DNA of 16,361 nucleotides from Gemmatimonadota bacterium. GTDB taxonomy: Bacteria; Gemmatimonadota; Gemmatimonadetes; Gemmatimonadales; GWC2-71-9. Below the pieces are notes generated by a model. It did not search any database, was not told the DNA's origin, and was given only the letters and a program-made list of their open reading frames with translations. Position numbers and translations under genes: made by a program. The DNA is taken from NCBI GenBank assembly GCA_036679605.1, contig JAZDCZ010000221.1:1-16361 (forward strand), in the 5' to 3' direction. Position 1 is the first letter of the stretch. Each line of letters starts with the position of its first letter. Below, one piece after another: positions 6,616-14,854 of the stretch.

Positions 6616-7326
6616 ATGGGTGGCGCGAAGTGGTTTTGCTCCCCAGCCACACTTCTCTGTCTCGCGGGCTGTGCCGGCCTTTGCGGAAGCTCGACGGACC
6701 TCGAGCGCCACGCCAGCTCATCCCGGTACCCGCGCCATTGGCGGACGCCGGTTCCTGAGAAGGAGGGGGCGTCGTGGGAAATCCTTCCGCAGGAAGCGGG
6801 CCGAGGAGAGGTGATTCTGTCCAAGCGTAATGAACTCGGCTTGCTCTCAAACTTCGCCCAGACGCCGTTTGTATTCCACGGTCAACGCTATCCGAGCCTC
6901 GAAGGCTTCTGGCAGATGATGAAGTATCCGGAAGGCCCCACGGACCTGCGGGCGGCTTACCCCGGCATCACTTGGAAATGCACGCGCGAAGCAGTCTCCC
7001 AGATGGTCGGAGCGGAGGCCAAGGCAGCAGGCAGCGCAGCCACCGAGAACATGAGGGCGATGGGCATCGGCTGGATCACATTCGAAGGCAGAAGAATGAA
7101 GTACCGAACGCAGGAGAAAGGTGCGCACTACGACCTTATTGTCCAAGCGACGTGGGAGAAAGTCCGGCAGAATCCCAAGGTGCGTGACGTGCTGTTATCG
7201 ACTGGTGACCTCACTCTTCGGCCAGATCACGATCAGGGCCCAGATGCACCGCCTGCGTGGCGGTATTGCGAGATCCTCATGAACATCCGCGAGGAATTGC
7301 GTGCAAGTGCCGAGCCAATTCAGTGA
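6616..7326 (+). CDS. NADAR (YbiA-like) family protein with a putative lipoprotein signal
   Basis: NADAR-like motifs LSNF...YPSLEGFWQMMKY, EAKAAG, KVRQNPKVRDVLLSTGD and terminal ILMNIREEL. The N-terminus has a lipobox LAGC (TLLCLAGC). AAGGA lies upstream of the ATG at 6616. Confidence 0.75.
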   Translation: MGGAKWFCSPATLLCLAGCAGLCGSSTDLERHASSSRYPRHWRTPVPEKEGASWEILPQEAGRGEVILSKRNELGLLSNFAQTPFVFHGQRYPSLEGFWQMMKYPEGPTDLRAAYPGITWKCTREAVSQMVGAEAKAAGSAATENMRAMGIGWITFEGRRMKYRTQEKGAHYDLIVQATWEKVRQNPKVRDVLLSTGDLTLRPDHDQGPDAPPAWRYCEILMNIREELRASAEPIQ

Positions 7327-7369
7327 TGTGATTCGCGCCTACGCCCGCCGGCTGCGGGGGGGCTGGTGG

Positions 7370-7399
7370 ATGACGGACTGACATAGAACGTGGTACAGT
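7370..7399 (+). promoter_or_regulatory. Possible extended -10 promoter for the phosphoesterase gene
   Basis: TG-G-TACAGT at 7391-7399, with ATGACG (7370-7375) ending 18 bp before the -10 hexamer. Confidence 0.3.
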
Positions 7400-7460
7400 G
7401 TCCGGGGCAGGTCACCTGGGCTTAGCAGAGCGAGAACGGTTACATTTGGAGGAAACTGCT

Positions 7461-10049
7461 GTGAGAATTCATACGCGCATCAGGAGCGCGCAGACACTGC
7501 TGGCCATGACGGTCATCTTCGTGATGACCGCCGTTCCGAGTGTCGCCAGTGCTCAGGACGTAGCCCGGGGCATCGTGTTTGTCGATCAGGACGGTAATGG
7601 CCGGTATGACTCGGGTGAGCCACCGCTGCCGGGCGTAGCGGTATCCAACGGGCATGACGTCGTGCCCACGGGAAAGAGCGGCCGGTACGAATTACCGATT
7701 GACGATGACGACATCCTCTTCGTCATCAAACCGCGCGGGTACATGACGCCGGTCGATTCATACAACATTCCGCGGTTCCACTACATTCACAAGCCAGCCG
7801 GTTCTCCCGAGACGTTGAAGTATGCCGGTGTAGCCCCCACTGGCCCCATGCCCCAATCCATCGACTTTCCTTTGGTGCCCCACGACGAGCCCGACACATT
7901 TCGCGTGCTCCTTTTCGGCGACCCCCAGCCGGGTACTATCGAAGAAGTCGATTATTTTGCCCAGGACATCATCCAGGAGGTCATCGGCGTGGATGCCGCG
8001 TTCGGTATAACGCTGGGCGACATTGTGAACGATGATCTCGATTTGCTCGAGCCGATGATCGCTGCGGTGAGCCACATCGGAATCCCATGGTACAACGTCT
8101 ACGGCAACCACGATCAGAACTACGACGTGAAGTCGGACGAGTTGGCCGACGAGACGTGGGAGCGCGTGCTCGGTCCGCCTACGTACGCGTTTGACTGGGG
8201 CCCGGTGCACTTCATCGTCGTCGACGACATAATGTATGAAGGGCATATCAAGAAATACCAGAGCCGCGCCTCATTCGGACCATACCTGGCCTTCATCGAG
8301 AACGATCTCAAACTCGTACCCAAGGATCGGCTGGTCGTCCTGATGATGCACATTCCGCTCGTTGAGGTGGAGGACAAACAAAAGGTCTTCGCCATGTTGA
8401 AGGATCGTCCACACACGTTCTCCCTGTCGAGCCACTGGCACATACAACAACAGTTCTTCATCGGCACCGAGGATGGATGGCTCGGTAACCGGCCGCACCA
8501 CCATCTCGTGCAGGGTGCGGCTTGTGGCTCATGGTGGAACGGGGCAGAAGATGAATGGGGTTTACCGCATACGATGATGCGGGACGGCGTGCCGAACGGC
8601 TACTCGATCATCACCTTCAGCGGAAACAAGTATTCGATCCGCTTCAAAGCCGCCCGCCGGTCGGCCGATGAGCAGATGGCCGTCCACGCCCCGAGCAGTG
8701 TCACCATGGCGAAAACGGCTTCGACCGAGGTCCTCGCAAATGTCTACGCCGGTACGGACCGCTCGCGAGTGGATATGCGAATCGGCAGGTCACAACCGTG
8801 GGTGCCGATGAAGCAAGCGGAGAAGAACGATCCCTACTTCGTCGCGGCGCACGCCTCCGAACAGGGCATGAATCTGCCGTACCATCAGGATCTGCCCGGG
8901 CCTCAGGAAACGCCGCATGTCTGGGCGGCCAATCTGCCGGCGGGCCTGACGCAAGGCAGCCATCTCATCGAAGTTCGATCGCGAGACATGTACGGCCAAG
9001 TGTCGTTTGGGCGTCGGGTGATCCGCGTGGAACCGCAGGCGTCGCCTTCCGTTCCCGGGATCGAGCCGTCCACGGGCGGCACCACACAGGTAGCCATTGC
9101 CAGTGGGTCGGCAGGACACGATGCCGACACGCCGGCTACCGACAAATCGTCGCCGCACTCGACGATCTCTCTCGACAAGACGAATCCCAAGTTCGTTCGG
9201 CTGCTCAGTTACAACATGCTATGGGACGGGTTGTTCGATCGCCCGGAACCGTTCGAGCGAATCCTGCGGGCACTGGACCCGGACATCATCTGCTTCCAGG
9301 AGGTGAGGAGCGCTCCCTCCGCGGTGGGTGCCAAGCTCGACGCCATGCTGCCCCTGGATGATGAATCGAAATGGCAGGCCCACGGAGCCAGAGGCACCGT
9401 CCTGGCCTCCAAATGGCCGCTTTCCATGCAAGCTGCCGACACTGTCCCCAGCACTGATCGCGGACAGGCCATGGCACTCGTCGATCTGCCGGACGCAAAG
9501 TACAAACTGGATCTCTACGCGATCTCAGCCCACTTGAAGTGCTGTGGAGACGAAGGTGGTCGGGAGGATAAGCGACGTCAGACACAGGCCGACGCCAACA
9601 TAAACTGGTACCGCGACCTGCGTCAGGCGGGAGGCCATGTCGATTTGCCCGCTGGTACTCCCTTTCTGATTGCCGGCGATTTCAACATGGTCGGTGGGCT
9701 TCAACCTCTGCACACACTGCTGGACGGCAACATCATCAATGACGATATCTACGGCGCTGATTCACCCCCTGACTGGGACGGCAGCAACTTGGCCGACGTA
9801 CACCCCCGGCATAACGCCAAGCTGGCGGACTACACCTGGCGCGCCGATAACAGCCAATTCCCACCGGGCCGGCTCGATTTCGTGCTCTACACCGATAGCG
9901 TCATGCGCGTGGCCAAGTCCTTCGTCCTCGACACGCTGGACATGAATTCGGCCGACCTGTCTGCCCACGGCATGCTCAGGCAAGATTGCGCCGAGGCCTC
10001 GGACCACCTGCCGCTCGTCGTGGACTTCGTCTTCGGTGACGGCAGTTAA
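7461..10049 (+). CDS. Secreted calcineurin-like metallophosphoesterase (with N- and C-terminal accessory domains) fused to an endonuclease/exonuclease/phosphatase (EEP) domain
   Basis: GTG start at 7461 with SD GGAGGA, and a signal peptide ending VASA-QD. N-domain: VFVDQDGNG..DSGEPPLPGVAVSNG. Metallophosphoesterase motifs: GDPQ, GDIVND, GNHD, MHIP, SHWH, GSWW. After a Pro/Ser/Thr linker come the EEP motifs SYN, FQE, AHLK, GDFN, RLDFV and SDHLP. Confidence 0.88.
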   Translation: MRIHTRIRSAQTLLAMTVIFVMTAVPSVASAQDVARGIVFVDQDGNGRYDSGEPPLPGVAVSNGHDVVPTGKSGRYELPIDDDDILFVIKPRGYMTPVDSYNIPRFHYIHKPAGSPETLKYAGVAPTGPMPQSIDFPLVPHDEPDTFRVLLFGDPQPGTIEEVDYFAQDIIQEVIGVDAAFGITLGDIVNDDLDLLEPMIAAVSHIGIPWYNVYGNHDQNYDVKSDELADETWERVLGPPTYAFDWGPVHFIVVDDIMYEGHIKKYQSRASFGPYLAFIENDLKLVPKDRLVVLMMHIPLVEVEDKQKVFAMLKDRPHTFSLSSHWHIQQQFFIGTEDGWLGNRPHHHLVQGAACGSWWNGAEDEWGLPHTMMRDGVPNGYSIITFSGNKYSIRFKAARRSADEQMAVHAPSSVTMAKTASTEVLANVYAGTDRSRVDMRIGRSQPWVPMKQAEKNDPYFVAAHASEQGMNLPYHQDLPGPQETPHVWAANLPAGLTQGSHLIEVRSRDMYGQVSFGRRVIRVEPQASPSVPGIEPSTGGTTQVAIASGSAGHDADTPATDKSSPHSTISLDKTNPKFVRLLSYNMLWDGLFDRPEPFERILRALDPDIICFQEVRSAPSAVGAKLDAMLPLDDESKWQAHGARGTVLASKWPLSMQAADTVPSTDRGQAMALVDLPDAKYKLDLYAISAHLKCCGDEGGREDKRRQTQADANINWYRDLRQAGGHVDLPAGTPFLIAGDFNMVGGLQPLHTLLDGNIINDDIYGADSPPDWDGSNLADVHPRHNAKLADYTWRADNSQFPPGRLDFVLYTDSVMRVAKSFVLDTLDMNSADLSAHGMLRQDCAEASDHLPLVVDFVFGDGS

Positions 10050-10224
10050 GCCTGCTCCGTAATCGTCAGTTTTCGGATGGCATTCGAGACCGGTTGGCCG
10101 CAAACAGTCAACAGCGTGTTTGGAGACCTGCGGATTCGAGCAAGCTTTCTGGCCAGTTGCAGCACGGTTCTGTTGCTGCTCGTGGCGGGGCACGCCCGAG
10201 CCTTTGACCGCAAGGAGCAATGAC

Positions 10225-12147
10225 ATGATGAAGAGGATTCGGGGTCTCGCGCGCTTCTTGTCGTCGTTCATGATGATGAGGTTCCCTACGGGCGGAACCA
10301 GAGAGTTGTGCAGCATGCGGTTCGTTCCCGGCTTCCGGTTCGGTCGTTGCCTCGGCGTTGGTTGGACCGCAGGTTTCCTGCTCGCGCTCCTCTCGTCGGC
10401 TGTGCAGGCGGGCGACCCGGCCGACGCTTTGAGACCGAACTGGGCCAATGACCTGGTGATCTACGAAGTCGCCACCAAGGGCTTCACCTCGCCCAACGGC
10501 CCTGAGAGTGGGACCTTTCGATCACTCAAGGGAAAAATGGCATACCTTGAGGAATTGGGGATCAACGCGATCTGGCTTGCCGGCCATTCTCTCTCCCATC
10601 CCAAACATTTCTACGGGGTCTGGACGCAATACGCCTGTATCGAGCCTGACAAGCTCGATCCCTCCCTTGGCACCGAGCAGGACTTCAAGGACATGATTGC
10701 CGAAGCGCACCGGCGTAGCATTCGAATCTTCCTCGATGCCATCGAGCACGGTGTCATGAACGACAGCCCGCTCATCGCCCAACATCCGGACTGGTTCAAG
10801 GGCGGCTCGTGGGGCATGACTGACTACGATTGGAGCGGCAATCATCCCGACCTCGAGGAATGGTGGGTGCAAATGTGGACCAAGGCTGTGCTCGAATGGG
10901 GTGTTGATGGTTTCCGCTGCGACTGCGGTGTCCACCGTCCCGATCTGTGGCTTGAAATCAAACGCCGCTGCGCGGCAGCCGGCAAGCCAATCTTTGTCCT
11001 GACCGAAAGCAGAAGGGACAAGACCAGTGACGCCACCCAGCGAGATATCAATCTCTTCCGCAGCAGAAGCGGGCGGTTGGACGATCACGCCGCATTGCGA
11101 AATCTGGCCAGCATGCGCGATCTGCTCCACGGAAAGTTCGAAGGAACTACGTTCCAGTGTGAGGTTTGGTACCAGGACGATCGACGCATCCTGGATACGA
11201 CGCGCGGCGGTCCGTTGGTCGTTTCGTTCCTAGGTGTGGGCGAGGACGTGATCGGAACCTATGAACTTCCGTCCGACGGCGAGCCGGACTGGACATGGTC
11301 GATTGCCGGCGTGGACGCTGATCGACCCATCAAGAACATCCGACTCTACTGCCCGGGGCGTAGCTGGAAATGGCAGTCAAACGTCAAGGGCGGCTGGCGA
11401 CTGGCAGTGTCGCCGACAGCCGGGGGGTTGAAGGTCTCCGGGGGCAACCCGCTGCCTGGGCCAAAACTGAGAGTGATTTCGGCGAGTTGTCATGATTGCG
11501 GATGGGAGGGGTTCCCTGCAGGTAAGAGCCCCTACACGGTGAAGGGAAGCCGCTTCGTTTTCGGCTACGGTGTCCTCTTCGCTCCGGCTATTCCCTTGTT
11601 CATGAGCGGGGACGAGTTCGACGCGGAATTCAAACCTCTGCCCGGTCTCTGTCCTGACCTTTACGGCAAGGGGAAGGCCGGCACGGGTACCTGGATGTAT
11701 GGATCGTGGCTGCAATGGAATGGGCTCAAGGACAAGCGGCGTCGCGCCATGCTCGAGGACGTCAAACGCATGCTGGCGATCCGTCGCGAGCATCGCGATC
11801 TGATCCATGCCGTTGACCCGGACAATGTGGATATCCGATTGAACGCGGTGCCGGTCTCGGACCACGAGAACCTGCCCGTTCCCTACGCGCTCTCCAACGG
11901 GAAACGAGCACTGCTTGTCGTCGGTAATCCGACCGCTCGCAGCGTGGATGTTGTCTTGGAAATAACGCTCGAAGGTCTCGGCCTGCCCGCGGATACGGAG
12001 ATTCTTCAGGTGTCCGACATCTGGCCAACCGAGCAAGAGGCACGCCGCGTGGCTGCAGAAGCATTGTCACAATACCGCTGTACCGTTCCGGCCGACTGCA
12101 ATCCCGGCGGCGGCCTGCGCGTTTTTCGTTTCGAGTTGGCACAGTGA
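10225..12147 (+). CDS. Secreted GH13 (alpha-amylase family) glycoside hydrolase with an inserted domain
   Basis: Motifs IYEV, YLEELGINAIWL and DPSLGTEQDFKDMIAEAH, region I FLDAIEH, region II GVDGFRCD (nucleophile Asp), region III LTE, region IV SCHD, and IPLFMSGDEF. The start is either 10225 (AAGGAG SD) or 10315; the signal peptide ends AVQA. Confidence 0.85.
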   Translation: MMKRIRGLARFLSSFMMMRFPTGGTRELCSMRFVPGFRFGRCLGVGWTAGFLLALLSSAVQAGDPADALRPNWANDLVIYEVATKGFTSPNGPESGTFRSLKGKMAYLEELGINAIWLAGHSLSHPKHFYGVWTQYACIEPDKLDPSLGTEQDFKDMIAEAHRRSIRIFLDAIEHGVMNDSPLIAQHPDWFKGGSWGMTDYDWSGNHPDLEEWWVQMWTKAVLEWGVDGFRCDCGVHRPDLWLEIKRRCAAAGKPIFVLTESRRDKTSDATQRDINLFRSRSGRLDDHAALRNLASMRDLLHGKFEGTTFQCEVWYQDDRRILDTTRGGPLVVSFLGVGEDVIGTYELPSDGEPDWTWSIAGVDADRPIKNIRLYCPGRSWKWQSNVKGGWRLAVSPTAGGLKVSGGNPLPGPKLRVISASCHDCGWEGFPAGKSPYTVKGSRFVFGYGVLFAPAIPLFMSGDEFDAEFKPLPGLCPDLYGKGKAGTGTWMYGSWLQWNGLKDKRRRAMLEDVKRMLAIRREHRDLIHAVDPDNVDIRLNAVPVSDHENLPVPYALSNGKRALLVVGNPTARSVDVVLEITLEGLGLPADTEILQVSDIWPTEQEARRVAAEALSQYRCTVPADCNPGGGLRVFRFELAQ

Positions 12148-12343
12148 GCATCCCGTGCCTCGCGGAAGCGGATGCCAAACTGAAGGGACTTACTTCGCGA
12201 CCTCCGAACGCGCGGGTTCTCCTTTTGGCTTTGGATCTTGTTGAAACTTGCAGAGCTCGTCGAAGGTGGACAGGCAGTGTCCTGCAGCCCGACGGCCACC
12301 AGCCGGGCAGATGTTCCCGGTTCACTTGTGTGCTCTGGGCTCA

Positions 12344-14452
12344 TCATTTTGCAGATCGCTTTAGGTCTTCGGCCGTTGCCGGGCGGAAACGAATGGCTGT
12401 ACCGCCTCCGGGCGCGAGGCGCAGTGGGAGTTTTACTCGCGAAGTCACCAGCTTTCTTTCAATGGCCATTGCGTAGGGATTCTTCTCCCAGTCAGCGTCG
12501 TCACCGTCGCGGTATATCTCCGCAACGTATTGGCGATTCGGCTCCAGGAAGCTCAGGTTCGCCTCCAGACAACGCCCGTTCTCATCTGTAATGCTACCGA
12601 GATACCAATCCTCACTGTGACGGTCCTTGCGCACCATCGTGACATAGTCACCTATGCGCGCATGGAGGACTTCGGTTTCCTCCCAGTCAGTCGGTACGAC
12701 CTTGATGAATTCGAAAGGTTCGGGTTTTGCCTCATAGTTTTGCGGCAGGCCAGCCGCCATGTTCAATGGGCTGTAAATCACTACATAGAGGGCCAACTGT
12801 TTGGCAAGTGTAGTACTGACACGTTCGCCGGGCCGCGCCTCTTCGTACAGCAAATCGAAAACCCCCGGAGTGAAGTCCATTGGACCAGCCAGGAGACGGG
12901 TAAAGGGCAGGATGGTCGTATGATCGGGAAAGTTGTGTCGCGGCCCGCCCCAGGCATTGAACTCCTGCCCGCAAGCGCCTTCGCGGGTCATCATATTGGG
13001 GTAGGTACGTCGGATGCCCGTGTCCTTGATCGGCTCGTGTACATTGATCGCGACCCGGTGTTTTGCCGCGGTCTCGACGACCTTACGGTAATGCCGCACC
13101 ATGTACTGGCCGTGATGCCTCTCGGCGTGCGTCTGGCCGTGCTCATCTGTGCGATAGATCTCCTGATCACCCGCGGCGTAGCCGGTCTTGACGGCGCGAA
13201 TACCCAGCCGGCGGCACAGCGCGAACGCATCCTTCATCTGCCGTTCGTAATTCTCGACGCCACCGGTCGTTTCGTGGTGACCGATAAGGTAGACGCCCCG
13301 TTCCCGGGCGTATTGGGCCAGATAGTCTAAGTCGTAATCCGGGTAGGGCTCGGTGAAGCTGAATTTGTCGCGATTGTCCAACCACTCGCCGTCCCAACCG
13401 ACATTCCACCCTTCTACGAGTACACCATCGAAGCCGTGTTTCGCTGCAAAATCGATGTAGCGTTTTGCGTTCTCGGTGGTTGCTCCGTGGTTGGGACCCG
13501 AGCTCCACGTGGAGAGAGTCAGGTGTATCTCCCACCAGATTCCGACGTACTTGCCGGGCTTGATCCAGGAAACATCCTGCAGCCGATTCGGCTCATTGAG
13601 GTTGAGAATCAGGTAGTTGTCGATGAGCCCCCCCGGCGAGTCCGCAATTTGAATGGTCCGCCACGGGGAGATTAGTGGCGCAGAACCGCGCACTTTGATG
13701 CCGTCGGACCACGGTACCAGATCCGCCTCAAGAGTGTTCCCCTTCGTACGCGTTAGCGCCATGCTCGCAAAATCTGTTAGCGCCGCCTCATGAATGCTGA
13801 GGTAGAGTCCGTCTTTGGTTTCAAAGGTGATGGGTGTGTGCACCTTCGTGGCCAGGCTGACCGGCGAATCCGTGTAACGGTATTCGTAGCGATGGCCTTC
13901 ATAGGCCGGAATCCACCAGGCGCGGTGATCGTCTGTGAGGGCGAACTGGGTGAGTTCGTCGGTGATCTCGATCTCCTTGTCACCGGGCTGGGATGGGATG
14001 CGGTAGCGGAAGCCGATGCCGTCATCAAAGACGCGGAAGGTGATGCCGAGTCGTGGTAGGTCGCCCGAGATTTCACCCAACTCAATACGCAGCTCGTTGT
14101 AGTGGTTGCGAATTTCCTTTTCCTCTCCCCAGACCTGTGTCCACGTCTCGTCCACGATCTTCGTTTTCACAGAGGCGACTTCCAGGCCCTGGTCCAGTGA
14201 GCGTTGCCCGCGTAACAGGAAGCCAAGGTTCGAGGTGTTGATCACGGGGTGGCCAAAGCGGCTCACCCGATAGGTCGGCGAGCCGTCCCGAAGTTCGAAG
14301 ACGAGCTTGAGCACATTGCTCGGGGACACAACCTCAATGGGTTTCTCCCCGAGTGCGTGCGCGGTAGACAGGAAGGGGACGAGGACAACGCTCCAGGTGA
14401 GCAACGGTCTGCGTGGGAATCTGCCATCGAGCGTCTTTCTTGGTGTGGACAT
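12344..14452 (-). CDS. Glycoside hydrolase family 97 (SusB-like alpha-glucosidase, probably the inverting subgroup)
   Basis: Signal peptide ending AHA and the motifs SPWRTIQI, WIKPGKYVGIWW, KRYIDFAA, VLVEGWN, GHHET, HEPIKDTG.RRTYPN, REG..GQEFNAW and GPMDFTPG. The Glu in HHE corresponds to the base of inverting GH97 enzymes. Confidence 0.93.
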   Translation of the reverse strand: MSTPRKTLDGRFPRRPLLTWSVVLVPFLSTAHALGEKPIEVVSPSNVLKLVFELRDGSPTYRVSRFGHPVINTSNLGFLLRGQRSLDQGLEVASVKTKIVDETWTQVWGEEKEIRNHYNELRIELGEISGDLPRLGITFRVFDDGIGFRYRIPSQPGDKEIEITDELTQFALTDDHRAWWIPAYEGHRYEYRYTDSPVSLATKVHTPITFETKDGLYLSIHEAALTDFASMALTRTKGNTLEADLVPWSDGIKVRGSAPLISPWRTIQIADSPGGLIDNYLILNLNEPNRLQDVSWIKPGKYVGIWWEIHLTLSTWSSGPNHGATTENAKRYIDFAAKHGFDGVLVEGWNVGWDGEWLDNRDKFSFTEPYPDYDLDYLAQYARERGVYLIGHHETTGGVENYERQMKDAFALCRRLGIRAVKTGYAAGDQEIYRTDEHGQTHAERHHGQYMVRHYRKVVETAAKHRVAINVHEPIKDTGIRRTYPNMMTREGACGQEFNAWGGPRHNFPDHTTILPFTRLLAGPMDFTPGVFDLLYEEARPGERVSTTLAKQLALYVVIYSPLNMAAGLPQNYEAKPEPFEFIKVVPTDWEETEVLHARIGDYVTMVRKDRHSEDWYLGSITDENGRCLEANLSFLEPNRQYVAEIYRDGDDADWEKNPYAMAIERKLVTSRVKLPLRLAPGGGTAIRFRPATAEDLKRSAK

Positions 14453-14747
14453 AAGTACGCCTCGCTTCGAGATGTGCCGTTGGTCGGTCTACGGTCCGTC
14501 ACCCTATCACATGAAGCTACACGGTTCAAGCGTAGTCCACCTGTCCGTGTCGTTCGTTCCGTGGGCCAAATCAACAACAGACTTGCGGTTTGGCGCCTAC
14601 TGCCCATCAGCCAAAGCCTCCGGGCTGGGGTCTGTATTCTTGGTGGCGGTGACATGGGCCCGGCTCGTGTCGTGCCGCCGCTCATCCAGGGATACGAGTT
14701 GATGCCAAGACCTGCGGCTGCGTTGGACACATGCGACCAGAGAGGAT

Positions 14748-14776
14748 TTGCAACTGAATCGAGTTCCGCGTAGCAT
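14748..14776 (+). promoter_or_regulatory. Sigma70-like promoter for the ADP-ribosylglycohydrolase gene
   Basis: TTGCAA (14748-14753), a 17-bp spacer, then TAGCAT (14771-14776), about 80 bp upstream of the ATG at 14855. Confidence 0.4.
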
Positions 14777-14854
14777 CGATGGGCAGAGGAGACGCTACCG
14801 TTTCCAACCAGCCGCGGGCGGTCCTTCCCGTGCAATCTCAAAAGCGAGAAGCCA

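Noticed and set aside
5834..6850. 338-aa and 262-aa minus-strand ORFs
   Set aside because: Antisense to the better-supported basic-protein and NADAR genes, with no motifs.
6033..7326. DarT1-NADAR toxin-antitoxin pair
   Set aside because: No ADP-ribosyltransferase-like ORF is adjacent. The upstream gene is a basic DNA-binding-like protein.
14590..14720. Riboswitch-like fragments (CAAAGCCTCCGG; AAGACCTGC, also near 10124)
   Set aside because: These are isolated short matches to the c-di-GMP-I and cobalamin consensus without the other required elements.
5557..14777. Exact 14-bp direct repeat TTCCGCGTAGCATC at 5557-5570 and 14764-14777 as island boundaries
   Set aside because: Roughly one such match is expected by chance in 16 kb of GC-rich sequence, and there is no integrase or tRNA link.
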